DNA of 35,994 bases from Candidatus Bilamarchaeaceae archaeon (GCA_038851325.1 JAWCKZ010000009.1:1-35994); one strand, 5' to 3'. Shown: positions 18,088 through 26,554, numbered from the stretch's first letter. Notes: generated by a model from the sequence alone, not told the origin. Program-made: numbers and translations.

Positions 18088-18130
18088 ACCAACCTCCAAG
18101 ATTTAAACTTTTTCTTTTAATTGTTAAGAT

Positions 18131-18592
18131 ATGGCTCCTGAGATAGGGGTAATAAAAACAAATCCAGAACCATATAAGGCATTGCAGGCAGTGAGCGTTG
18201 CCAAGGAATTATTGAGATGTGCAGAGGAGTATATTGCAGCAGAAAAGTATGGAGAAGCATACAGCAACGCTCTTAACGCCATGCGGTTTGCTTCATCAGC
18301 GCTCATGTTTTTTGACGGTTGTATAATTCAATCGCTTGAAGATGCTGTTGCCTACATCAAAAGAAACTACCCTACGTTGCCTGTGGAAGAGTGGAAAAAG
18401 GCCGAGTATAGAGATCCTTCAAAGAAGGGACTTGTGGAGAGTTTATCCGAGTTATTTAATCCTGCGAAAAAGGATGAGAAAAAAGAGACGGCCGAGACCG
18501 TATCTATTGCAAAAGTTTTCGTTGTGTCTGTTGAGAGTGCTATAGCATACGGAAGGGCAGTGATGCTCGAAAGAACCGAAAAAATTGAATAA
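18131..18592 (+). CDS. HEPN-like helical domain protein
   Basis: AKELLRCAEEYIAAEKYGEAYSNALNAMRFASSALM helix pattern and C-terminal helix (AKVFV); no clear R-x4-6-H. Confidence 0.55.
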   Translation: MAPEIGVIKTNPEPYKALQAVSVAKELLRCAEEYIAAEKYGEAYSNALNAMRFASSALMFFDGCIIQSLEDAVAYIKRNYPTLPVEEWKKAEYRDPSKKGLVESLSELFNPAKKDEKKETAETVSIAKVFVVSVESAIAYGRAVMLERTEKIE

Positions 18593-18603
18593 ACGTGATA
18601 GGG

Positions 18604-21342
18604 ATGGCAGTAGATAAAAAAGAGTTGCGAAAAAAATTCTTTGCGGAATGGGAGAAGCATTACAAGCTTGATATCCTACTGTCGCACGGTTTCAAAAGAC
18701 AAAAGTGTAAGAAATGCGGCAGGTACTTTTGGAGTATACAAGAACGAGGGCTATGTGGCGATGCTGCTTGCATCGGTTTCGAGTTTATAGGTAGACAGAT
18801 AGGTGAAAATCCATTGGATTATATAGAGACATGGAAGGCGATAGAGCGTTACTTTACGAGCCATGGTCACACGTCTGTAAAACCATATCCTACGGTGGCC
18901 AGATGGCGGGACGATCTCTACTTCACTGTGGCTAGCATAAATGATTTTCAGCCATATGTCGTGAACGGGGAGCTTGATCCGCCGGCGAATCCGCTAATAG
19001 TACCGCAACCATGTATAAGATTTCCAGATATAACAAATGTTGGTGTAACAGGTTCGCATTATACTAATTTTGTGATGATAGGCCAGCACGCGTTCAACAA
19101 TGAGAGAACCGGATTATTTTACTGGAAAAACGAGGCGCTCGCTCACGATATTGCGTATCTTTCAGAGCTTGGCATTCCACCTGAGGAATTAGTTTTTCAT
19201 GAGGATGTTTGGGCTGGAGGGGGGAATTTCGGCCCATCCATGGAGTACTTTGTGGGCGGACTTGAACTTGGAAACTGTGTTTTTATGCAGTATGAGATAA
19301 CCTCCTCTGGTCCTCGCGAGCTGCAAACAAAAGTTATAGATATGGGCGCAGGACTGAGCAGGCTTGCATGGATAGCATCAGGAAAGCCAACCAGTTATGA
19401 GGTTGTCTTTGGTGATGTCATAATGCAGATGAAAAGGGATGCTGGTGTTGAGGTTGAGCACGCTCTTCTGAAAAAATTCTCAAGGTTTGCAGGCAGCCTT
19501 AACATAGATGAGGTGGAAGACCTGGAGGCAGCAAAGGAGAATATAGCAAAGGAGTTTGGAATGACTAAGAAGGAGCTGTTCAGCAAGCTCGAGCCGCTTC
19601 AGGCGCTCTATGCAAGCGCAGACCATCTTCTCACAATTCTATTCGCAGTGACTGATGGAATGCTTCCGAGCAACTCTGGCGGCGGATACAATTTAAGAAT
19701 GATTTTGCGTAGAACATTCGGTTTTTCAGACAAACACGACCTGCGACTAGATTATGAGAAAATAATAAGAGGACATGCACGCTATCTCAACCCACTTTTT
19801 CCACATCTTGCAGATGGGGTTGATACCACAATAGATGTTATTGCAGAGGAGCAAAAGAAGTATCTGGCTACAAAGGAGAAGGCCAGGCTTATTGTAGCGA
19901 ATGTAATAAAGAGCGCAAAGAAAGTAACGTCTGGCCCGAAAAAGGAAAGAGAGAGATTGGGTAAGATAGGTGTGGACGAACTTGTCCTTCTCTACAAAAG
20001 TCACGGCATCCCGCCAGAGTATGTTGCTGAGATTGCCATGGAAAACGGTGTAGAGGTGAAAATGCCAGGGAATTTCTACGATTATATACGTGCTGGCGAG
20101 GGGGAGGAAGCGCGAAAGGAAGAAGAAAAAAAGAAGGTGCTTATTGCCGAGATAATAAATTATCCTAAGACAGAAGTACTCTACTACAGTTCCGTGTTTG
20201 AGTTTGATGCAACTGTCCTTGGAATAACTGAAGAGGGGTATGCGGTTCTTGACAAAAGTGCGTTCTATCCAGAGGGCGGTGGTCAGGTTGGCGACACAGG
20301 AAAGATAGGCGAGGCAGAGGTCTTGGATGTTGTAAAACAGGCAGGCATTGTTTTACATAAGGTGAAGCATCCGGAGAGATTGAGAGCGGGAGCGAAAGTG
20401 CGATGCATAGTCGATCTGCAAAGGAGGAAGAGAATTACAATTCATCACACATGCGCGCATATACTGAATGCCGCGGCGCGGAAGGTTTTAGGTAATCATG
20501 TTTGGCAAGCAGGTTCTTACAAGGATGAGGAGAAGGCGCATCTCGATATCACGCATTATAAAAAGATAACAACCGATGAACTTAATGAGATAGAGAAGGT
20601 TGCTAACCATTACATAAGGCAGAATCTTCCTGTGCGGGTAGAGTTATTGCCCAGAAACGAAGCTGAGAAAAGATATGGTTTTAGACTTTATCAGGGAGGA
20701 GCAGTACCTGGAAAGGAACTGCGTATCGTTAGTATAGGGGATATAGATCATGAGGCGTGCGGTGGAACGCACCAAATGATAGCCACAACAGGTGAGATAG
20801 GGTACTTTAAGATAGTGAAGCGGGAGGGTGTGCAGGACGGGGTTGAGCGAATAATTTTTAAGGGCGGAGACGCTGCGGTCACCTATGTTCAAGAACGGGA
20901 AAAAACCATCAGGGAGGCAGCGGCAGCGCTCAGCGTTTCTGATAGCGAGGTTGTGGGGACAACGAAGAGATTCTTCGAGGAGTGGAAAGCGCAGAGAAAA
21001 CGGATAGAGCAGATGGCAGAGTATATTGCAGGAATAGAAAAGAGAGAGATAGTGCAGGAGTTTAATATGAATAAGAAACCAATTTTCCGTGTCACTACTC
21101 TTGATGAGAGCATACTTAAAAAACTCGCAATAAATATCTCAGAAAGCGATAAAAAAATCAGCTTTTGTATCGTCAACACGGCCGGGGATGCTGTCTGTGC
21201 CTCCGGTGAAGAATCACCATTTAGCGCAAACGAACTTCTTGAGAAGGTTATACTTGCATTGGGTGGAAAAGGAGGCGGGAGCAGGAGAATAGCATTTGGC
21301 AAGGTCTCAAGGGTGGGAAAGGTTCTGTTAGATGTCATATAA
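18604..21342 (+). CDS. alaS: Alanine--tRNA ligase (archaeal type)
   Basis: N-terminal Zn ribbon, VARWRDD, QPCIR, DMGAGLSR, FYPEGGGQ, editing HTCAH and CGGTH, C-terminal GGKGGG (DHHA1). Confidence 0.98.
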   Translation: MAVDKKELRKKFFAEWEKHYKLDILLSHGFKRQKCKKCGRYFWSIQERGLCGDAACIGFEFIGRQIGENPLDYIETWKAIERYFTSHGHTSVKPYPTVARWRDDLYFTVASINDFQPYVVNGELDPPANPLIVPQPCIRFPDITNVGVTGSHYTNFVMIGQHAFNNERTGLFYWKNEALAHDIAYLSELGIPPEELVFHEDVWAGGGNFGPSMEYFVGGLELGNCVFMQYEITSSGPRELQTKVIDMGAGLSRLAWIASGKPTSYEVVFGDVIMQMKRDAGVEVEHALLKKFSRFAGSLNIDEVEDLEAAKENIAKEFGMTKKELFSKLEPLQALYASADHLLTILFAVTDGMLPSNSGGGYNLRMILRRTFGFSDKHDLRLDYEKIIRGHARYLNPLFPHLADGVDTTIDVIAEEQKKYLATKEKARLIVANVIKSAKKVTSGPKKERERLGKIGVDELVLLYKSHGIPPEYVAEIAMENGVEVKMPGNFYDYIRAGEGEEARKEEEKKKVLIAEIINYPKTEVLYYSSVFEFDATVLGITEEGYAVLDKSAFYPEGGGQVGDTGKIGEAEVLDVVKQAGIVLHKVKHPERLRAGAKVRCIVDLQRRKRITIHHTCAHILNAAARKVLGNHVWQAGSYKDEEKAHLDITHYKKITTDELNEIEKVANHYIRQNLPVRVELLPRNEAEKRYGFRLYQGGAVPGKELRIVSIGDIDHEACGGTHQMIATTGEIGYFKIVKREGVQDGVERIIFKGGDAAVTYVQEREKTIREAAAALSVSDSEVVGTTKRFFEEWKAQRKRIEQMAEYIAGIEKREIVQEFNMNKKPIFRVTTLDESILKKLAINISESDKKISFCIVNTAGDAVCASGEESPFSANELLEKVILALGGKGGGSRRIAFGKVSRVGKVLLDVI

Positions 21343-22054
21343 AGTGATTTTGTTGTATGGTTAACAAACTCGGCCTTTTTAGAAATTCAAACTTCCTAGG
21401 GTTGGAATACAGTTCTGTCAATATGTCTTCTGAATCAAACCCATAACGGGCGTTTAGTTGTTTTGGTGTGATACGTTCGTTCTTTGCTACTATATAGTTT
21501 GGGTTTTGGTTGAATATCCCCTCTTTTGTTAGGTAATATGCTGCGCCACGATTTCTCTTAAAAAGAGAATAATCTGGGTTGAAAGAATTATAGACTGCAT
21601 TTGCTAGAAGAAGCGCCTTCCCACAATTTACAGAAACATGGCAGAAGTTTGGTGGTATGAGGACAACATCACCAGCCTTAGCCTCTACCACAGAGACAAA
21701 AAAGCTTCCATCGCGCAATTCCCTTTGCAGTATGAACACCCCTTCGCCATCTAGCAATTGGTAGACCTCTGGATACGTTAATCCGTTCTCTGCTATTGGA
21801 TGGCAGTGGCCGTATGTTTTTGGTCGTTCTTCACCGAAAGTCCAGTCTGGTATTAGCGTTATATCGTATCTTATGTCGTTTACTTGAAAAACTCTTCTAA
21901 ACATGTAGTACGCGTCTCCTTCCTCCTCTGGCTCTTCTGCTAAAACGTCTTTCATGTCAGAGAACGTTCTTATGGAAGATTCAATCTCCTCTCCGTTCGC
22001 TATGAGCTTGTTATTTTTCATTTCTATTGTTATCGGCGTTTTGTACAAAATCAT
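21335..22054 (-). CDS. pgiA: Cupin-type (archaeal) glucose-6-phosphate isomerase
   Basis: YYMFR, RYDIT, KTYGHCHP, YPEVY, IPPNFCHVSVN, GAAYY. Confidence 0.9.
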   Translation of the reverse strand: MILYKTPITIEMKNNKLIANGEEIESSIRTFSDMKDVLAEEPEEEGDAYYMFRRVFQVNDIRYDITLIPDWTFGEERPKTYGHCHPIAENGLTYPEVYQLLDGEGVFILQRELRDGSFFVSVVEAKAGDVVLIPPNFCHVSVNCGKALLLANAVYNSFNPDYSLFKRNRGAAYYLTKEGIFNQNPNYIVAKNERITPKQLNARYGFDSEDILTELYSNPRKFEFLKRPSLLTIQQNHFI

Positions 22055-22422
22055 TGTTCTATCACCCGTTTCATTTTTTCGAACTCTAGCCGCCTTTCAA
22101 GAACCTTGTTTACAACCAACCTTTGTGTTGCCATTTTCCGTATGAATATTTTAAGGAAGGTAATAAATTCATGACCTCCTTCTCCGAACTCCTTCTCAAG
22201 TTTCATAAGTAGTCTTACGTAACCAACAAAAAGTGAAGCGTCAACAGTACCGCTTCCATTAAATTCCCGCATTTGAAGATGAAGAATATTTTTAATAAAA
22301 TAACTTTTTTTTCTTAACGATTTACCACGTACATTCGAGAGATCCAATCTGTTTAACAGGACGGCAAATGAGTTCCAGTCTCCTTCTACAAGGTGATCGC
22401 TAGCGTAATTCTTTTTCTGCAT
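22051..22422 (-). CDS. Hypothetical protein
   Basis: 123-aa ORF overlapping the pgi start by ATGA. Confidence 0.6.
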   Translation of the reverse strand: MQKKNYASDHLVEGDWNSFAVLLNRLDLSNVRGKSLRKKSYFIKNILHLQMREFNGSGTVDASLFVGYVRLLMKLEKEFGEGGHEFITFLKIFIRKMATQRLVVNKVLERRLEFEKMKRVIEQ

Positions 22423-22488
22423 AGCGCATATTTTAATATTGATATTTAAAATATTTTACTTGAATTAGGTCGTAAGGTCCTTTTGAAA

Positions 22489-22586
22489 GAGGTTGAAGTG
22501 AACGACGATTCGTTCACTGCCCTCAGCATTTCATGCCGAGGTTGGAGTGAACGACGATTCGTTCACTACCCTCCGCATTTCATGCC
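22489..22586 (+). repeat. Two tandem 49-bp hairpin repeats in the tRNA-Ser leader
   Basis: Units 22489-22537 and 22538-22586 differ at 3 positions; each contains the perfect stem AGTGAACGA-CGAT-TCGTTCACT inside GAGG/CCTC. Confidence 0.95.
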
Positions 22587-22695
22587 GAGGTCGCATAAAG
22601 GAGGAGCGTGAAGTCCGGTAGTGCGTCGGTCTCGAAAACCGATCCCTCTGGGATTGCAGGTTCAAAATTTGTCAATGGAAATCCTGCCCTCGGCG
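22584..22695 (+). tRNA. tRNA-Ser(CGA) with two non-canonical introns (D-arm ~13/14, 22597-22611; T-loop 59/60, 22667-22681)
   Basis: Acceptor GCCGAGG/CCTCGGC+G73, D stem GCAT/GTGC, anticodon arm TCGGT-CTCGAAA-ACCGA, long variable arm TCCC/GGGA, T stem GCAGG/CCTGC; BHB helix TTCA/TGGA. Confidence 0.9.
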
Positions 22696-22697
22696 CT

Positions 22698-23795
22698 TTA
22701 CTTTCTAAGACACATGTTCAAAAATTCATCGTGGATGGAGATTACTTTAAGCTCTTTACATGTTACATTCATCTCGAGAATGGAGGAAAAACTCGGTTTT
22801 GTTCTGCCGTCGTCGCCTGTAATTAACTCTTTGATGTAAGTACCAGCCTCAGTTGTTATCTCAAATGTTGCATTTCTCCTACTCCGTGTTATTAATTTAA
22901 CCTCTATGATTCTTCGTTTTCGTGTAATGTTTGCTCTTCTGTGTTTGACTCGTTCAGGAGTTCGTTGTTCTATCACCTTTCCAGAAAGTTGAAGTAGTTT
23001 GCTGAGCTCTGCATCGCTTATCTCTCGCTCGAATTCCACGGTGGCGATGTAGCTCTTATCAAAGTGAGATGCTGTCACGAGTTCCACAGCACCTCTGTCT
23101 ACGAGCATCAACCCTTCGACCTCAACGTTCCCCTTTTTGTTTATCCGTTTCGTTACTGCTTTAAGGTCTGGATTTCTAACATGCGCTTCTATCATCTGGA
23201 TTACAAATGGTCGACCACCGATATTAACGACATCAATATCCTCTCTTCCAGATGCATGCAGAATATAATCTTGCGCTCTGCACTCTTCCTTGAGTTTTTC
23301 ACCTATTTCTTCTTCTACGGAGTGATAGAATTTTCCTGTATTACTACACTCTTCACATCCTTTGCCGTGACAATTACTGCATGTCCATCTCGTTTGGGAG
23401 ATGCCGGCCTTAAGTTTTTTGTATCTACCGAAGATGAACAAGTCATTGTAGCTTGTGCGTATTTCACCAGTTGCAACATCTATCATCAATAGTACGTCTC
23501 CATCTGTTTTCGGCTTTTTGTTGCTTACCTTTGCGATGTACCTGCTCAGATACAGGTTAATAAAAGTCTTTATGCAAGTGGTCTTAGAGAGTTTTAAATT
23601 CCAAACGATATCTTCTCGCGCGAGCCACTCGTTTGGAATCTTTGTGGAAATGGAAAATGTTGGCGCATCAGGCAATTTCTCAGCCGCTCTCTTTGCAAGT
23701 TCATCGAGTGAGGCAAGACCCCCTCTGCAGACAAAGCACTCACCCTCCTCAAAAGCATTTCCTTTGGATAAGTTGCAGATTCTGCAGAGCTTCAT
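22698..23795 (-). CDS. pus10: tRNA pseudouridine(54/55) synthase Pus10
   Basis: N-terminal CxxC pairs, GRYKK...ISQTRW, HASGREDID, GRPF, QRTPERV.HRR, AGTYIKELI.GD.GRTKPS. Confidence 0.95.
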   Translation of the reverse strand: MKLCRICNLSKGNAFEEGECFVCRGGLASLDELAKRAAEKLPDAPTFSISTKIPNEWLAREDIVWNLKLSKTTCIKTFINLYLSRYIAKVSNKKPKTDGDVLLMIDVATGEIRTSYNDLFIFGRYKKLKAGISQTRWTCSNCHGKGCEECSNTGKFYHSVEEEIGEKLKEECRAQDYILHASGREDIDVVNIGGRPFVIQMIEAHVRNPDLKAVTKRINKKGNVEVEGLMLVDRGAVELVTASHFDKSYIATVEFEREISDAELSKLLQLSGKVIEQRTPERVKHRRANITRKRRIIEVKLITRSRRNATFEITTEAGTYIKELITGDDGRTKPSFSSILEMNVTCKELKVISIHDEFLNMCLRK

Positions 23796-23804
23796 AATCC
23801 GCCT

Positions 23805-24155
23805 TCAAATTGTTATATCTCTGTGAGGGATGGAGGGAAGGTTATGTTTTATTCTATAGCCCTCTAGTATAAGCGCTGCGCGTTCGATCTTATTCTTTTT
23901 AGCAGCTGCTGCCTTCAGTTCTTTCAGTTTTTCCACATACAGCCCAAAATCAGCAAGCGTTTTTGTTCCATTATGACACATTAGCCGAATTACCTCTACC
24001 ACGAGACGTTTTCCCATCTCATCGCTTCCCCAGATGCTCATCGCAATTGCAACTTGGTTTATAAAGTGCGCCTTATCTATCTCACTCATCGTCTTCCACA
24101 CATCAAGTATTCTTTGCTTAGCTTTGTCATCTATGTCCTCAAACATCTGCCTCAC
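23805..24155 (-). CDS. Hypothetical protein
   Basis: 116-aa ORF coupled between an upstream ORF (4-bp overlap) and pus10. Confidence 0.7.
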   Translation of the reverse strand: MRQMFEDIDDKAKQRILDVWKTMSEIDKAHFINQVAIAMSIWGSDEMGKRLVVEVIRLMCHNGTKTLADFGLYVEKLKELKAAAAKKNKIERAALILEGYRIKHNLPSIPHRDITI

Positions 24156-24445
24156 ACTCTTTTTTCAATCCATTCCTTAAGTTTAAGGTCCTTCGGTCTT
24201 TCAGCGCTTTCAAGTATCGCAGCCAGTGCCATCGTCTCCTCTATAGCCTTTTGTTCAAGCCTTTCGGTTGTTTTAATCGGTGTCGGGACAGCCTTTCTCT
24301 TTTCCAGCGCAGTTTCGAGATAGGTCTTTAGTGTATTACTATTCACTTTAACGCTTGAGGTTTTTCCTTTTCCAAATACCCATTCCATAAATTCTGCGAA
24401 TTTTTTCCGTATCTCCTCTTTCTTTTCAACCGAAGCAACAGCCAT
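24152..24445 (-). CDS. Hypothetical protein
   Basis: ATG 24445 with GGTG SD; first gene of the apparent pus10 operon. Confidence 0.65.
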   Translation of the reverse strand: MAVASVEKKEEIRKKFAEFMEWVFGKGKTSSVKVNSNTLKTYLETALEKRKAVPTPIKTTERLEQKAIEETMALAAILESAERPKDLKLKEWIEKRV

Positions 24446-24502
24446 GAACACACCGTTTAATTCTCTCAAAAATGTTTTATAAATTATTCGCTCATTTAGA
24501 GC

Positions 24503-25513
24503 ATGAAGGTTTTAGCGATTGTTGAGGCGATAGGGCTCGGTCATGCCGTACGAACAGAGGCGGCTCTTGAAGAATTTAAAAAAAGAGGATGGGAAATAAA
24601 GGTGATAACGAGCGATGCTGCCGTCAAGTTCTTTAGAAGAAACAATATTCAGACGATAGATGTGCCCCTCTCTATGGCCGTGAAAGAAAGTAGCGGAAAG
24701 CTTGACATAGGTAAAACTGTTCTCGAAAATATAAAGATAAGTAATCTCAGTGTGATTACAAAAATAAGCAGTATAATTGCAAAAGAAAAACCAGATATAG
24801 TAATCGTCGATACCAACATTGTTGGAGTAATGGCAGCACGACTCTACAAGAGAGATATCGCTCCTCTGATATATATCACCAATGACAATGTGTTTAGTGT
24901 AGCACGGGATGTAACTTCGATAAAACATGGCTGGAGTGTTATTAGTAATTTTGTGCAATCAGCGGTCGATGCTTGCGTCGTTCCAGACTTTCCTCCCCCA
25001 TACACAATTTCCGAATACAACCTTACTTTATGGAAGAAGATGGCTTTTGTTGGGCCGCTAACGCGACTTCGGAGCGCGACGTTGCCAAAGACAAAAAAAG
25101 GGGTCTTCGTTACGCAGGGAAAGTCTAATATAAAAAATACAAAATTCACGTCTTTTGTAAAAAATCAGATAAAATACACTGAGAACGATTATGAAAAAAA
25201 GTTCCTTTCCTCTGAGATAGTAGTACATCATGGCGGGCATACCACTGCTCTTGAATGCATTCTTACCGAGAAGCCGCAGATAGCGATTCCATTTTCAGGA
25301 TATACTGAAAGGATAAACAACAGTAAGAAGATAGAGCAGTTAGGTTTAGGGCGGATGCTCGTTGTGGAATGGGTTGATGAAGAAACAATGAATTTTGCAC
25401 TGGACGAGGTACGCTCTTTCAAGCCAACTGTTAAGATGTTTGCAAGGTTTGCTCGCACCTGTGGCGGCCCGAGGAAAGTGTATGAAATCACAGAGAGCTT
25501 GCTTAAACATTAA
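24503..25513 (+). CDS. GT-B glycosyltransferase (GT28/MurG/MJ1255-like)
   Basis: GLGHAVR, EKPDIVIVD, FVGP, HHGGHTT..E, E...N..KIEQLGLG. Confidence 0.88.
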   Translation: MKVLAIVEAIGLGHAVRTEAALEEFKKRGWEIKVITSDAAVKFFRRNNIQTIDVPLSMAVKESSGKLDIGKTVLENIKISNLSVITKISSIIAKEKPDIVIVDTNIVGVMAARLYKRDIAPLIYITNDNVFSVARDVTSIKHGWSVISNFVQSAVDACVVPDFPPPYTISEYNLTLWKKMAFVGPLTRLRSATLPKTKKGVFVTQGKSNIKNTKFTSFVKNQIKYTENDYEKKFLSSEIVVHHGGHTTALECILTEKPQIAIPFSGYTERINNSKKIEQLGLGRMLVVEWVDEETMNFALDEVRSFKPTVKMFARFARTCGGPRKVYEITESLLKH

Positions 25514-25518
25514 AAAAA

Positions 25519-25731
25519 TGCCAAGGGGGGGATTTTAGGCCTTAAAACTCTCGAACCCCCGACCTCTCGATGCCCAGTCGGGAGGACATTGAACGAAGTT
25601 CAATCCAACCTCTCGATTTCTGTCCTATTCGGATTCTCAGTGCCTGTAAAGTCATCGGCAACATGCCTCAGAACTCATACGGATTGGTTACCTATGAGTC
25701 GAGCACTCTAAACCGCCTGAGCTACCTTGGC
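25519..25731 (-). tRNA. Elongator tRNA-Met(CAT) with a ~121-nt intron at 37/38 (25572-25692) and a 17-nt T-loop intron at 59/60 (25533-25549)
   Basis: GCCAAGG/CCTTGGC+A, D arm GCTC-AGGCGGTTTA-GAGT, anticodon arm CTCGA-CTCATA|A-TCGAG, T arm GGGGG-TTCGAG|T-CCCCC. G1-C72 argues against the initiator. Confidence 0.88.
25637..25679 (-). ncRNA. Intron-encoded C/D-box-like guide for Cm34 of tRNA-Met
   Basis: TATGAGT-T-CTGA is antisense to A31-A37, with the 5th nt upstream of the D' box opposite C34. CGATGA (C'-like) and a second CTGA follow. Confidence 0.55.
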
Positions 25732-25767
25732 AGTACTAATATTCATCTTCATTATGTTATTAAAAAT

Positions 25768-26148
25768 TTACTTTGGAACGCAAACAGTGAATGTAAGCTC
25801 GCTTGGCTGTTCGCCATCAAACCACGCTTTTTTCATTACAATTTTGTCGTCTGAGCAGCCGGCTGCGAACCTTCCTCTACAGCCAGTTGCAGTTGTCCGC
25901 GCACCTTGTATATATGAGCAGAATCCAGTAAGTTCTTTTATTTCAGTAAGTATTGCTTCTGTATGTGCGTGATTTGCTGGGGAATAATCTCGTAGCCCCC
26001 CTTTTAGATAGACAACGCGCCAGATATCGTTTGCAAGTTGATATTGATAGAGCGCATAGTTTGGCTTCGTATAATCAAGCTGAGTGAGCATGTAAGTCGA
26101 GAAAAGTAGAAAAAATGTCAGGGATATTATTGCCTCAAGAGTTTGCAT
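25768..26148 (-). CDS. Pilin-like protein (class III signal-like N-terminus)
   Basis: MQTLEAIISLTFFLLF hydrophobic N-terminus with early Glu; alternative start at 26163. Confidence 0.6.
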   Translation of the reverse strand: MQTLEAIISLTFFLLFSTYMLTQLDYTKPNYALYQYQLANDIWRVVYLKGGLRDYSPANHAHTEAILTEIKELTGFCSYIQGARTTATGCRGRFAAGCSDDKIVMKKAWFDGEQPSELTFTVCVPK

Positions 26149-26149
26149 A

Positions 26150-26554
26150 TCAACCACATACATATAATTTTTTTATTGTGCCTTCTTCTGGTCTTTCTCC
26201 ACCTACTACAACGAGCCTGTATACACATGTTTTATCGTTTTGAGGATTAAATCCGATTGTAATATCCTTGTTCATCTCAGTTGAGAGTTTGCGTTCAAGT
26301 TGCGGTATCAACGACTCATCGAGCCAGTTTGGGAATATCACATTCTCGCTGCTTTTTGCGGCCCCCTTCTTAATTGCGTAATCTGCTGTTGTGACCAATA
26401 AGTTAAATTTCTCCCTTTTACTCATGGCGTAGCTCGCATCAGAAATAGTGAGTGCCATCATTTGAATTATGAGTGATACCATGAATACCACCGGAAGTAT
26501 ACTGAACATAGCATCATAGGACACAAATGCCCTATGCGAATGCTTTCTTATCAT
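26150..26554 (-). CDS. Pilin-like protein with class III signal peptide
   Basis: MIRKHSHRA/FVSYDAMFSILPVVF: basic leader, acidic +5 residue, hydrophobic helix. Confidence 0.65.
   Translation of the reverse strand: MIRKHSHRAFVSYDAMFSILPVVFMVSLIIQMMALTISDASYAMSKREKFNLLVTTADYAIKKGAAKSSENVIFPNWLDESLIPQLERKLSTEMNKDITIGFNPQNDKTCVYRLVVVGGERPEEGTIKKLYVCG

Noticed and set aside
18085..18102. GAGGTTGG on the minus strand as a further copy of the tRNA-associated element
   Set aside because: No TGAAC/GTTCA stem or CCTC arm follows; a chance 8-mer.
22489..22586. CRISPR array
   Set aside because: Only two contiguous units with no unique spacers and no cas genes; it is a tandem duplication tied to the tRNA.
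22598..22839. ORFs 22608-22826 and 22621-22839 with an apparent SD AAGGAGG
   Set aside because: They overlap tRNA-Ser and the antisense strand of pus10; the SD-like sequence is part of the D-arm intron.
25570..25972. ORFs 25570-25854 and 25727-25972
   Set aside because: Antisense to tRNA-Met and a pilin-like gene, with no protein-like features.
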